NCBI GenBank assembly: GCA_038245195.1
Contig: JBBRSU010000001.1
Span: 64,121 to 128,120 of the forward strand
Reading direction: 5' to 3'
Source of the DNA: Candidatus Saccharimonadales bacterium
Lineage (GTDB): Bacteria; Patescibacteriota; Saccharimonadia; Saccharimonadales; UBA10212
Length of the DNA stretch: 64,000 nucleotides
Part shown: positions 49,318-58,493 of the stretch, piece after piece
Layout: every line of letters starts with the position of its first letter
Position numbering within the stretch: position 1 is the stretch's first letter
Notes under the pieces: generated by a model
The model's database searches: none
What the model was told of the DNA's origin: nothing
What the model saw: the letters and a program-made list of their open reading frames with translations, nothing else
Made by a program: the position numbers and the translations under genes

Positions 49318-50409
49318 CTAGCTTCGGAGGGGCATTATTAGATGAAGATAATTTGGTTCGCTGGCTGAGCGTAAAATGCAGGGTTCTAGCTTTCCATTAA
49401 AACAAAATTCAATTTCCTCTGACGAAAACACATTAAGTGCCTCGATTAAATATCGTGAGTTTAAAGTTACCTCGCCACCGCCAATAACACTAGCTTCGGC
49501 CGTGGCAGTATTTTCACCTAGTTGTGAGGCAATGGCATTGATACTCACTACTTTTGCGTCTTTGTCAGCTTTGATAGTGATGCTACCAGCACTTTCTCTA
49601 GCAAACAAACTAGAAACTTTAGCTATGTTGAGTAAATCGGCCCGAGCAAGTTTGGCAACCGTTTCGAATTTTGCCGGGATTAACTTGCGGTAATCCGGGT
49701 AATTGCCTTCAATTAATCGAGCCACCAAGCTAACATCACCAACCTGGAATAAAACTTGCTGATCATCATGGGTGACCACCACTTCTTTTTCGGTATCGCT
49801 GATTATTCGCAGTAAATCTTGGGCGGCACTGGCCGGCATAAGGAAGTTAATAGCCTTAGCTGATTTGGTTATTTTAGTTTCGGCTAAACGATAACTGTCG
49901 GTGGCCACAGCCATAGCTTGGCCGGCGGTGCTATGAAAATAAACTCCATTTAATACTGGTCTGGAATCATCGGCACTGGCCGCAAACACAACTTGAGATA
50001 AAGCTTTTTTAAAATCTCCAGCAGGGCTTTTCCAGGTCACACCCCCTTTAATGGCCGGCATAACCGGGAAGTCATCGGCCACAATTCCATTAATAGTCGA
50101 CTGGTACTGGTCGTTATTTATGTGAAGCTTATTCTCCGTAAGCTCTAGGTTTAAAATACTATCCGGCAAGCTACTCACAAAGTCTTGCATTAAACGAGCC
50201 GGAACCGTTATAGCCCCGTCTTGGCTGATTTTTGAGCCTATAAAATGGGTGATACCAATATCTAAGTTAGTGGCCGCGATACTCAGCCGGTTGTTCTCAG
50301 TTTTTAGTAGCACGTTTGAAAGTATCGGTAGAGTATTGCGAGTATTAGCCACACGGGCAACGGTGCTTAAGGCTTTGGCTAAGTTGGCTTGGGTAACTTG
50401 AAGCTTCAT
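49318..50409 (-). CDS. dnaN: DNA polymerase III beta subunit (sliding clamp)
   Basis: Three-domain clamp pattern (LPILSNVLLKTENNRLSIAATNLDIGI...). Conserved dnaA-dnaN-recF synteny. Confidence 0.95.
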   Translation of the reverse strand: MKLQVTQANLAKALSTVARVANTRNTLPILSNVLLKTENNRLSIAATNLDIGITHFIGSKISQDGAITVPARLMQDFVSSLPDSILNLELTENKLHINNDQYQSTINGIVADDFPVMPAIKGGVTWKSPAGDFKKALSQVVFAASADDSRPVLNGVYFHSTAGQAMAVATDSYRLAETKITKSAKAINFLMPASAAQDLLRIISDTEKEVVVTHDDQQVLFQVGDVSLVARLIEGNYPDYRKLIPAKFETVAKLARADLLNIAKVSSLFARESAGSITIKADKDAKVVSINAIASQLGENTATAEASVIGGGEVTLNSRYLIEALNVFSSEEIEFCFNGKLEPCILRSASEPNYLHLIMPLRS

Positions 50410-50652
50410 TAATATAAATCCTTTATTAATTTAGTATTAGTAATAGGTCCTGTGGAAAGCGTGTAGAACTTTAGCCCCAACAGTTTAAAACGGCCGTAAA
50501 TAGGCTGTGCAAACAAACTAAGCTTAGTGGTAAAAGCTGTGCTATTAAGCATGTACAAACTAACCACCAAAAACCGTAAAACCAGACGGCCTGTGGATAT
50601 TGCGTACAAGTTAAAAACTTGTACCAAGCTTGTACTCAATTTATCCACTAAC
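50410..50652. other. candidate oriC element in the dnaA-dnaN spacer (DnaA boxes, DnaA-trio-like repeat, AT-rich unwinding region)
   Basis: TGTGGAAAG (50451-50459), TGTGGATAT (50592-50600), TTATCCACT (50641-50649). TAG-TAT-TAG-TAA-TAG (50432-50446) plus GTCC lie adjacent to a box. AT-rich 50410-50431. 9-bp-stem hairpin at 50604-50624. Confidence 0.55.
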
Positions 50653-52032
50653 TTATGCATATAGTCGTTCCTTCAACTCATTAACATATTGGCGGATTGG
50701 GCCATCATAGCTAATTTCTCGCTGGATTTTTTCAATCGAATGGATGGCGGTGGTGTGGTCTTTTCGGCCCAGCTCATGGGCAATTTTAGGAAACGACAAA
50801 TGTAGCTCTGAGCGCAGCATATACATAGCGATTTGGCGGGGGACAACAATATCTTTATCGCGTTTAGGGCCCAATATGTCGTCTATCGAGATATGAAAGT
50901 GCTTGGCGGTTCGTTCAATAATAACCCTGGAACTTATATGCTTAGGCCGGCCACGGGTGCCTTCGAACATTGTATTAGCGATTAATATGTCAGGTTCTAC
51001 ACCCCGCATCTCACAAAAAGCTATTAGCTGATTTAGGGCACCCTCAAGCTCACGAATGTTACTTTGAATTCTAGTTGCTAAAAATTCGATTACGTCTTGG
51101 GGCAGCTGAATCTCTTGGCCATTAGCTTTTATCTGTAAAATTGCACAGCGTGTCTCAAAATCAGGCGTCTGCATATCGATAGTCATGCCCCAAGCGAACC
51201 GGCTGCGTAGCCTGTCCTCTAGGGTTGGGATATCTTTGGGGGGCTTGTCGCTACTCATAATCAACTGTTTGTTGCCCTGGTAGAGGGTATTAAAAGTGTG
51301 GAAAAACTCTTCTTGCACCCGCTCTTTACCAGCCAAAAATTGCACATCATCCACAATCAGCACATCGGCGTTGCGATAAAAACTGGCAAAGTCACTAGTG
51401 TTCTTTTTAATCCTTAGCGAATCAACAAACTCCTGGACAAACTGCTCGGTTGAAGCATAAACAATTCGGGCCTCGGGCCGGCTAGCCAAAACTGCGTTAC
51501 CAACCGCTTGGATGAGATGGGTTTTGCCAATGCCCACACCGCCATACAAAAATAAAGGGTTATATTTGGTGCCCGGCTTAACTGATATGGCTTGGCAGGC
51601 TGCAAACGCTAACTCGTTGCCAGCCCCCACCACAAAGTTTTCAAAAGTATAACGCTGGTTTAAGCCCTGGCGATAAGAATGGCTAATATTAGCGATATTG
51701 GCTCGGGGTTTTGGCCGGGCGTCCAGCTGAAGCCCGCCGCCGGCATATGCAGAGACCGGTTCATTAGCTTTGTTTTGGGCAGCTATGCCGGTATGAATCT
51801 TATACTCGACTCGCTCGGGCTTAATACCATTTTTGGCCAAAACTTGTAGCACTAAATCATTAAATTTACGTTCCAGCTGGTTTTTTACAAAGATATTTGG
51901 CACGCCAACGACTATGACATCGTCTTTTTGGCGGACCAACTCAGTATTTTTGAACCATGTAATATAGTTGCCGTGCGACACGGAAAGTTCAATCTCGCCC
52001 AATACTGCCTGCCACAGGCCGGTCGCTTGCAT
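50653..52032 (-). CDS. dnaA: chromosomal replication initiator DnaA
   Basis: AAA+ Walker A GGVGIGKTHL, Walker B LIVDDVQFL, and the C-terminal DNA-binding domain (HTTAIHSIEKI). Confidence 0.97.
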   Translation of the reverse strand: MQATGLWQAVLGEIELSVSHGNYITWFKNTELVRQKDDVIVVGVPNIFVKNQLERKFNDLVLQVLAKNGIKPERVEYKIHTGIAAQNKANEPVSAYAGGGLQLDARPKPRANIANISHSYRQGLNQRYTFENFVVGAGNELAFAACQAISVKPGTKYNPLFLYGGVGIGKTHLIQAVGNAVLASRPEARIVYASTEQFVQEFVDSLRIKKNTSDFASFYRNADVLIVDDVQFLAGKERVQEEFFHTFNTLYQGNKQLIMSSDKPPKDIPTLEDRLRSRFAWGMTIDMQTPDFETRCAILQIKANGQEIQLPQDVIEFLATRIQSNIRELEGALNQLIAFCEMRGVEPDILIANTMFEGTRGRPKHISSRVIIERTAKHFHISIDDILGPKRDKDIVVPRQIAMYMLRSELHLSFPKIAHELGRKDHTTAIHSIEKIQREISYDGPIRQYVNELKERLYA

Positions 52033-52348
52033 ACCCTTATTGGTTACCCCGTTTTAACTTTTAAGCTACTTCTAATATAGACTACCGAGCCCTAGTTTTT
52101 CCACAGGCCAGTGCAAAAATACTACAACTTTAACCAAAAGCCGGGCCTAAGAGGATGAGTTGTACACAGCAAAACTCGCTATCTGTTAAATTGTGGATAA
52201 GACTTTCAAAACCGTGTACAAACTCCTTAATACTGTGGTTTTTTGTCGTTAATTCTACGTAAACGTTAATAAAACTCAACTGTTTTTTGATAAAGCTAGA
52301 ATCGCTAAGTTTTGAGGCCTAGCCGGAGTCGTATATAGTATTACGGAT
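52033..52348. other. DnaA-box cluster upstream of dnaA (second oriC/autoregulatory element) plus rpmH promoter region
   Basis: Perfect TGTGGATAA at 52192-52200. TTTTCCACA at 52097-52105. Weaker TTGTACACA and TGTGGTTTT variants. Confidence 0.5.
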
Positions 52349-52486
52349 ATGCCAAAGCAAACTTACCAACCCAAAAAGCGCAAACGCTCCCGAGAGCATG
52401 GTTTTATGAAACGCATGGCCAGCCGAGCTGGACAAAAAGTACTAGCCCGACGCCGAGCCAAAGGCCGAGCCCGCCTGACTCATTAG
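52349..52486 (+). CDS. rpmH: 50S ribosomal protein L34 (45 aa, absent from ORF track)
   Basis: Hand translation gives [45 protein letters not shown]. Canonical position upstream of rnpA. Confidence 0.93.
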   Translation: MPKQTYQPKKRKRSREHGFMKRMASRAGQKVLARRRAKGRARLTH

Positions 52487-52579
52487 CTTGCAGTGTCTAA
52501 ACACTGCACTTAAATTTGTAGGCTAAGGACATGTGACAGCTAACTTTACCCTACAACTTAAACCCTATAGTCTATTGAT

Positions 52580-52933
52580 ATGATTTCACGCAAAAATCGG
52601 TTTCATGGTTATAACAGCTTGCGTCAGGTTTACCGTACCGGCCGGATGGCCCGGGGCCCGGCTTTTGGCGTAAAGGCTGTCCCGAACCTTAAACGACCGG
52701 TTTATCGGGCAGCCGTGGTGGTTAGCCGTAAGGTTAATAAATCAGCCGTGGCTCGTAACCGAATACGCCGGCGACTATATGAGGCCATCCGGCAGCTAGA
52801 TGCCCAAATGGCCGGTCCACACGACATCGTTATAACCGTTTTTCACGACAGCGTCATGGAAATGCCGCCCGCCGAGCTGTCCGGCCAACTAAAAAAGCAA
52901 CTCAAAGAGCTCAAAATTCTCTTACCCAAGTAG
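52580..52933 (+). CDS. rnpA: ribonuclease P protein component
   Basis: Basic 117-aa protein with the SAVARNRIRRRLYEA RNR-motif region. rpmH-rnpA-yidC synteny. Confidence 0.85.
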   Translation: MISRKNRFHGYNSLRQVYRTGRMARGPAFGVKAVPNLKRPVYRAAVVVSRKVNKSAVARNRIRRRLYEAIRQLDAQMAGPHDIVITVFHDSVMEMPPAELSGQLKKQLKELKILLPK

Positions 52934-52997
52934 TTTTTACGCTGTTTTATAGGGGTTATCATGTTATTATAGGTCCAGTTCAAGGAGCACTGCCCCC

Positions 52998-53978
52998 ATG
53001 TTTGCTAATATTTTTACGACCCTAATCGTCCAGCCTATCTTCAACCTTTTGGTATTTATTTACGCCATTCTGCCGGGCCACAACTTCGGTTTGGCGATTG
53101 TGCTATTTACGATTTTTGTTCGCCTAGCAATGTGGCCACTGGTTAAAAAACAGCTCAATCACGCCAAAGCTATGCGCGAGTTAGCCCCCGAGATCAAGAA
53201 AATCAAAGCCGCCGCTAAAGGTGATCGGCAAAAAGAGTCGGCCATGACTATGGAGCTGTATAAAGAGCGTGAAATCAACCCGTTTGCCAGCTTGGGTATT
53301 GTTATCGTGCAGTTGCCGATACTTATCGGACTTTATAGTGGGCTAAATCGGATTATTCATAACCCACACCAGATCATTAGTTTTTCATACCCCTTCATCC
53401 AGCACTTGGGTTGGATACAAACCCTGTCGCATAATATCCACCGGTTTGATAACACCTTTTTGGGCTTCGTCGATCTGACTCGCACAGCTCTTGGCACTAA
53501 AGGCATTTATTTCGCGGGGCTCCTAATCGCCGCCGCCAGTGCCTTGGCCCAGTATCTGCAGGCTAAACAGTTGATGCCCCAATCTAAGGAGTCACGGGGA
53601 TTACGCCAAATCCTAAGCGAGGCCGGCAAGGGCAATGCTGCTGATCAGTCCGAAGTTAACGCTGCAGTCGGCCGTAGCACTATGCTGCTGGTGCCGGCCA
53701 TGGTTTTCGTGTTTGCCATCCGCCTAGCCTTAGCTCTGCCGTTATACTGGCTGACAAGCAGCGTGGTGGCCTATATTCAGCAGTCACGGGTTCTACGCGA
53801 AGACGCCGCCGAAGCCGATGCTTCAGTAACTATCCCCAAAGCCAAAACCCCTCAGGTTCCAAAAACTCTCACCACCTCATCTGGCTTAAAAGTTACTCGA
53901 AAAACTCTAAATCAAGCCAAAACCCCTCAACCAACTCAAAACAAAAAAGCCTCGCGTAATAAAAGGAGACGAAAATGA
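52998..53978 (+). CDS. yidC: membrane protein insertase YidC/Oxa1 family
   Basis: NFGLAIVLFTIFVRLAMWPLVKKQ signature helix, five TM segments, basic C-terminal tail. Confidence 0.92.
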   Translation: MFANIFTTLIVQPIFNLLVFIYAILPGHNFGLAIVLFTIFVRLAMWPLVKKQLNHAKAMRELAPEIKKIKAAAKGDRQKESAMTMELYKEREINPFASLGIVIVQLPILIGLYSGLNRIIHNPHQIISFSYPFIQHLGWIQTLSHNIHRFDNTFLGFVDLTRTALGTKGIYFAGLLIAAASALAQYLQAKQLMPQSKESRGLRQILSEAGKGNAADQSEVNAAVGRSTMLLVPAMVFVFAIRLALALPLYWLTSSVVAYIQQSRVLREDAAEADASVTIPKAKTPQVPKTLTTSSGLKVTRKTLNQAKTPQPTQNKKASRNKRRRK

Positions 53979-54592
53979 ACCCAGCCGACAACGAACAGGT
54001 AGTTAATTCCGAGACCCCCAATGGGCACGTGTTCAATGAGTCGATGGAGGAGGCTATAACCTACGCCAAAAAATATGTCGAGGATTTATTATCTTTCTTT
54101 GGTCTTAACACCGATGTCCATTCCACCACCGAGGACAATGAAGTTATCGAGCTAGATATCCCCTCAACTCACCTCAACGGCTTCTTAATCGGCCAACGCG
54201 GTGATACATTGCGGGCCTTGCAATACACCACCAGCACTGCTTTAAAGAACCAAAACTTCGCACACACTAGAGTGAATATCGATGTAGCTGGTTATAAGAA
54301 ACAGCACGCCGAGCGGGTCGCCAAACAGGCCGAACTATGGTTCGAACAAGTCAAAACCTCTGGCCAGCCCAAAAATCTAGAACCGATGAGCCCAGCCGAT
54401 AGGCGGGTAGTACATAAAGCTGCCGAAGATTTTGGCCTAACTACCGAATCGCTGGGCGAGGGCAGGGACCGCCACATTGTTATCAAGCCCGGCAGTGAGC
54501 TTTTGGAATCGTCAGACGATGTAGTGGATACCAAACCTAAAACAAAACCGGCTACCAAAAAACCGGCCGCCAAACCAAAAACCAAAACCTAA
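53975..54592 (+). CDS. jag: Jag/KhpB-type RNA-binding protein (KH + R3H)
   Basis: R3H region MSPADRRVVHKAAEDFGLTTESLGEGRDRHIVIKP. Downstream of yidC as usual. Lys/Pro-rich tail. Confidence 0.88.
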   Translation: MNPADNEQVVNSETPNGHVFNESMEEAITYAKKYVEDLLSFFGLNTDVHSTTEDNEVIELDIPSTHLNGFLIGQRGDTLRALQYTTSTALKNQNFAHTRVNIDVAGYKKQHAERVAKQAELWFEQVKTSGQPKNLEPMSPADRRVVHKAAEDFGLTTESLGEGRDRHIVIKPGSELLESSDDVVDTKPKTKPATKKPAAKPKTKT

Positions 54593-54610
54593 TCCCCCGT
54601 TCGCAAGTAG

Positions 54611-54638
54611 ATAAATACTTAACAAGTCAAGTATTTAT
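54611..54638. terminator. AT-rich hairpin after jag, member of a recurring palindrome family
   Basis: ataaatactt / aagtatttat forms a 10-bp stem with an 8-nt loop. It shares a 22-nt exact match with 20394-20415 and strongly resembles the 30183-30214 palindrome. Confidence 0.4.
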
Positions 54639-54744
54639 AGCAGATAGACTCAGCCTGCATAAATAAGCGAACTCTCAGTTTAAAACTTTAATCTGGCCAT
54701 GTTATTAATGCTCATGTTAAAATATTAGCCACAGTACTAAAAAA

Positions 54745-55956
54745 ATGAAAAACACCAAAGACCGAGTCATCGCATTAGATTATTTCAGGGGCATCCTGAT
54801 TTTAATGGTTATTTTGAATCATTCGCTTATTTTCTCAATGCCTTTTACTATTTTAGCAGGCGCTGGAATTCTCTGGACCACAGCTGCCGAACTTTTCTTA
54901 CTTATAAGCGGTATAACACTCTGGGTTGTACGTGGCGACGCGATCGAGGCTAGCCTTAGGGAGACAACGCAAAAGATATGGAAGCGTGCAGCGCTAATTT
55001 ACCTGATAAATATAACTGTGGTGTCCCTGTCTCTGCTTTTGGCATTATATCTAACATCTAGGGGTTTAACCAATGATGTGGACGGAGCCCTGCCGGCAAA
55101 AACCTCTATTGGGCTATTGGCGGATATTCTGAGCTTCAAGTACACGATAGGTTGGGCAAATTTCTTGATGTATTTCTCCCTAATGTTATTTTTAGCGCCG
55201 TTCGTGATGTACGGCCTTAAAACAAAAATTTGGCCGATAATAACCGCTCTATCCCTATTAATTTTTAGCTATTTCGTGTTCCGTACAGCTCGGTATGGGA
55301 TATACGGCACTTTTGGGATTTGGCAAGTCTACTTCTTCCTAGGTCTAACAATTGGACGATTCAGAATACCAATTCTGCAATGGTACTGGAGCTTATCTAA
55401 AAGATCAGCATCGTTACTGGCTAACTTTGTAGCCGGTATAGGCTGCACTGCTCTCTTGCTAAGTATTTTTCTCGAGTTTAATCTTTACCCATATGTATCC
55501 CGAATGGCAGAATCAGGCTGGTTACCACTTAAATTCCAAACAGCATATATACATTACCTAGGGCATAAAGGACAGATAGACTACTTCTTCGTAAATAGTC
55601 GTGCCGGTATTCTTCGACCTCTTGCAGCAGTTTTATTTCTAGCGACTGCCTATATGCTTTATCAGAAACACAAAGGCTTTCTGATAAGAAATACGGGTAA
55701 TTTCGTAAACGCTTTTGGTCGAGATACTCTTTGGATTTTTGTCGCACAGGCTTTTGCGATTCCTATATTAGCCGCTCTACCATTGCGGCGCACATTATTT
55801 ACGAACTTTTTTTTAACAGCGACATTGATAATACTGATGTGGGCGATTACTAAACGTCGATTAGCGTGGCAGTTGTTTCAAGCGTATAATTCAAGCCTAA
55901 AACTTAGCTATATCCAGGCAAAGCAGAATTATCTACAGCAGTATCAAGACGGCTAG
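54745..55956 (+). CDS. acyltransferase-3/OpgC-like polytopic membrane protein
   Basis: The N-terminal LDYFRGILILMVILNHS motif and about 10 TM helices. Confidence 0.55.
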   Translation: MKNTKDRVIALDYFRGILILMVILNHSLIFSMPFTILAGAGILWTTAAELFLLISGITLWVVRGDAIEASLRETTQKIWKRAALIYLINITVVSLSLLLALYLTSRGLTNDVDGALPAKTSIGLLADILSFKYTIGWANFLMYFSLMLFLAPFVMYGLKTKIWPIITALSLLIFSYFVFRTARYGIYGTFGIWQVYFFLGLTIGRFRIPILQWYWSLSKRSASLLANFVAGIGCTALLLSIFLEFNLYPYVSRMAESGWLPLKFQTAYIHYLGHKGQIDYFFVNSRAGILRPLAAVLFLATAYMLYQKHKGFLIRNTGNFVNAFGRDTLWIFVAQAFAIPILAALPLRRTLFTNFFLTATLIILMWAITKRRLAWQLFQAYNSSLKLSYIQAKQNYLQQYQDG

Positions 55957-57047
55957 TCCCGTACATATCGCTCATAGATCTGCAGGGTTTGTTGGGCAGT
56001 CTTCCTCCACGAATATACAGCAGCTTGTGCCCGGCCACTCTTCACCATACTTCTTCTTAAATTACTGTCAGTAAGAACGCTATCGATTTTCTTTGCCATA
56101 TCTTTCGTATCGTTCGGATTAAAATATATTGCCGCATCGCCGTAAATCTCTGGCAGGCAAGTGGCACTGCTACTCACTACCGGGGCACCATGAATCATTG
56201 CCTCTAATCCAGGTAAGCCAAAGCCTTCACTCAAACTCGGGAACACGTAGGCGGCAGTGTTTTGGTACATCCACCGTAATTGTCCTTCGCTTATAAAATC
56301 GGTAAACACCACCTTATCGGCTAAACGAGCTCGGCTTACTAGCTTTTCTAAGTGTCGGTAATTGTCATCCATCTTCCCCGCTAAAGCCAATTTCAGGTTG
56401 GGGTATTTGTGCCTGAGGATTATGTAGGCCTCCACCAAACGCTTTAGGTTCTTGTGCGGTGTGGCCCGGCCCACGTACATAATGAATTGCTGGTCTTTTA
56501 GCCTGGGCACGGTTTCAGCTTTAGCAGATATCTTATCGGCAGCTTCGTAAATAACTGTAATTTTATCGGGACTGAGGTTGGCGAATCGCTCCAGGTCTTT
56601 TTTTACAAACTCGCTAGCCGTTATTATATGCTCTGATTTTTTAGCAACCCTTTTTATCACTAATTTAAATACTTGTTGCTTGAACTTATAGATAACTCTA
56701 TTTTTTGTAGGATTATCAAAACGAATGGCGGTAAGGTCATGCATGGTAGTGATAGACTTGGATTTATATAGAATTGGTTGTTGGATTATTGCAAAATGAA
56801 TTAATTTGGCTCGCAGTTTATTTACTTGTCGTAAGTAACCGAGTTGTTCAGAGAAGGTGAACTCTTTGAAGTCGCATGAAATCGCTTTAAAATTAGGGGT
56901 AATTTGTTTAAAGAAATTCACCCTATGGCTTTTTGTAAGAATAATAATCTCATAACTAGGCTTAAGACTATGGAGATTCTCCAACAACTTATCTACATAC
57001 CTTCCAGTGCTCGTTCCTGATTCCCGGGCATCTATAGCTAATCTCAT
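55953..57047 (-). CDS. glycosyltransferase family 4 (GT-B, group 1)
   Basis: C-terminal E-x7-E region FPSLSEGFGLPGLEAMIHGAPVVSS. Confidence 0.85.
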   Translation of the reverse strand: MRLAIDARESGTSTGRYVDKLLENLHSLKPSYEIIILTKSHRVNFFKQITPNFKAISCDFKEFTFSEQLGYLRQVNKLRAKLIHFAIIQQPILYKSKSITTMHDLTAIRFDNPTKNRVIYKFKQQVFKLVIKRVAKKSEHIITASEFVKKDLERFANLSPDKITVIYEAADKISAKAETVPRLKDQQFIMYVGRATPHKNLKRLVEAYIILRHKYPNLKLALAGKMDDNYRHLEKLVSRARLADKVVFTDFISEGQLRWMYQNTAAYVFPSLSEGFGLPGLEAMIHGAPVVSSSATCLPEIYGDAAIYFNPNDTKDMAKKIDSVLTDSNLRRSMVKSGRAQAAVYSWRKTAQQTLQIYERYVRD

Positions 57048-58414
57048 TTTGCCTTAGTCGATTCTTTAATAACGGGGGGCATTGTGGTAACAGCTAGCAA
57101 TAAACCAATTACTACCCAAAGACGGGTAAGTAATAATGATTGAAAAAAATTACCCTGTACTAACATACCTATTAAAATTAGAGCAAACGGGGCTAGTTGA
57201 CTACTCCAGCTAGATTTGAAAAGACGCATAATAACCAGAATCAAGGATATGAATAAAGGGCCGAAAAATATAATTGCCAATAAACCCAATTCAACCACGA
57301 GTGCTATCAGGTCATTATTGAATGGCTGGAGTTTATTAGGACTAACCCCCCTTTTATAATCTGCCAGATCCAATCTTATACGACTGTTATTTGCACCCAC
57401 GCCATCTAATGGACGTTCTTCAATAAATTTTATGGATTTTGGCCAAAGGTCGTAGCGAGTGCGTGCCGAGCCATCGTTTACATCTACGGCATGTCCGCCA
57501 AAGAGCCTTAAGCTACCGAACCCGGAATCGTTATATCTAGCATTCTTGGGTATATATATCGCCGCGATACCGCTGGTTAGGACTAGCAACAGCGCAATTG
57601 CAAGTGACGCTGCCCATCGCTTAGCCATAAGTACAAGAAACTCTCTTTCTTTGGAAAACCAATGTAGGGCCCACAAAAAAACCAAACCTGCAATGATAAG
57701 TGATATGCTCGCACTCCGTGCCACCGTTAAAATAAATAATGTACCACTAGCTATAAATAGAAGCCGTAATCGCTTGTCTCTTCTAGACTTATTATTACGC
57801 AAAAAATCAAATGTAAGCAGCCAAATCGGAATCATAAGAAAATGGTCAAAATATAATGGCTCCAGAGCCGAAGAATATACCCTAGGGAATATATAAGTTG
57901 AATTAGAAGTACAACAATTTCTCAAGTCAGTAAGCTTAGTTGGTGCTCCAAAAACGTCAAAGAAAAATTGGAAAAAGCCAAATGTAATCACTACGGCGGT
58001 GGTTATATAAATCGTTTTCCGTATTGTCAGCCATAAGTTGGGGTTTTCCGAAACTAACACAAGAAAACAAAAAGCCCTTAGTGTGACTGCCAACAAAGTT
58101 TTGGTCGCACTGAGTGCGTAGGGTTTATCTATGGCGTAGAACGTACTCAGCAAGTAACCAGCTACAGGTAGAGCCAGCAGGGCACCAAGCAGAATATATC
58201 TTTTAAGCCTTGAAAAGTCCTTTCTGGCTACGGCATCAAGAAGTCTACGCCCCGTGGCGATCAGTAAGAGGGCTAGTGATATTAAGCCTAAACCGAAAGG
58301 AGTGTAATGGACATAGGGCAGGCGGTCAACCGGTAGCAGTGCAAGGGTTATAGTAACTCCTAAAAGCTCTGCAATATTAGCAAATTTTCTCAAATACAAT
58401 CCTAACCTTTGCAC
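57044..58414 (-). CDS. O-antigen ligase/polymerase-like (Wzy_C) membrane protein
   Basis: About 11 TM helices. ARSASISLIIAGLVFLW and RYDLWPKSIKFIEERPLDGVGANN match the Wzy_C loop pattern. Confidence 0.7.
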   Translation of the reverse strand: MQRLGLYLRKFANIAELLGVTITLALLPVDRLPYVHYTPFGLGLISLALLLIATGRRLLDAVARKDFSRLKRYILLGALLALPVAGYLLSTFYAIDKPYALSATKTLLAVTLRAFCFLVLVSENPNLWLTIRKTIYITTAVVITFGFFQFFFDVFGAPTKLTDLRNCCTSNSTYIFPRVYSSALEPLYFDHFLMIPIWLLTFDFLRNNKSRRDKRLRLLFIASGTLFILTVARSASISLIIAGLVFLWALHWFSKEREFLVLMAKRWAASLAIALLLVLTSGIAAIYIPKNARYNDSGFGSLRLFGGHAVDVNDGSARTRYDLWPKSIKFIEERPLDGVGANNSRIRLDLADYKRGVSPNKLQPFNNDLIALVVELGLLAIIFFGPLFISLILVIMRLFKSSWSSQLAPFALILIGMLVQGNFFQSLLLTRLWVVIGLLLAVTTMPPVIKESTKAK

Positions 58415-58493
58415 AAAACTATCTTATCACGCTTAATCTGTGGCTCTCTAGGATATAATATAGTTTGAACTTGAAGAAAGGCGTTACAAGAAT

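Noticed and set aside
50409-50660. 83-aa minus-strand ORF between dnaA and dnaN
   Set aside because: It overlaps both flanking genes' ends and sits on DnaA boxes, the trio element and the AT-rich tract. It has no RBS and an odd composition, so the region is interpreted as oriC DNA.
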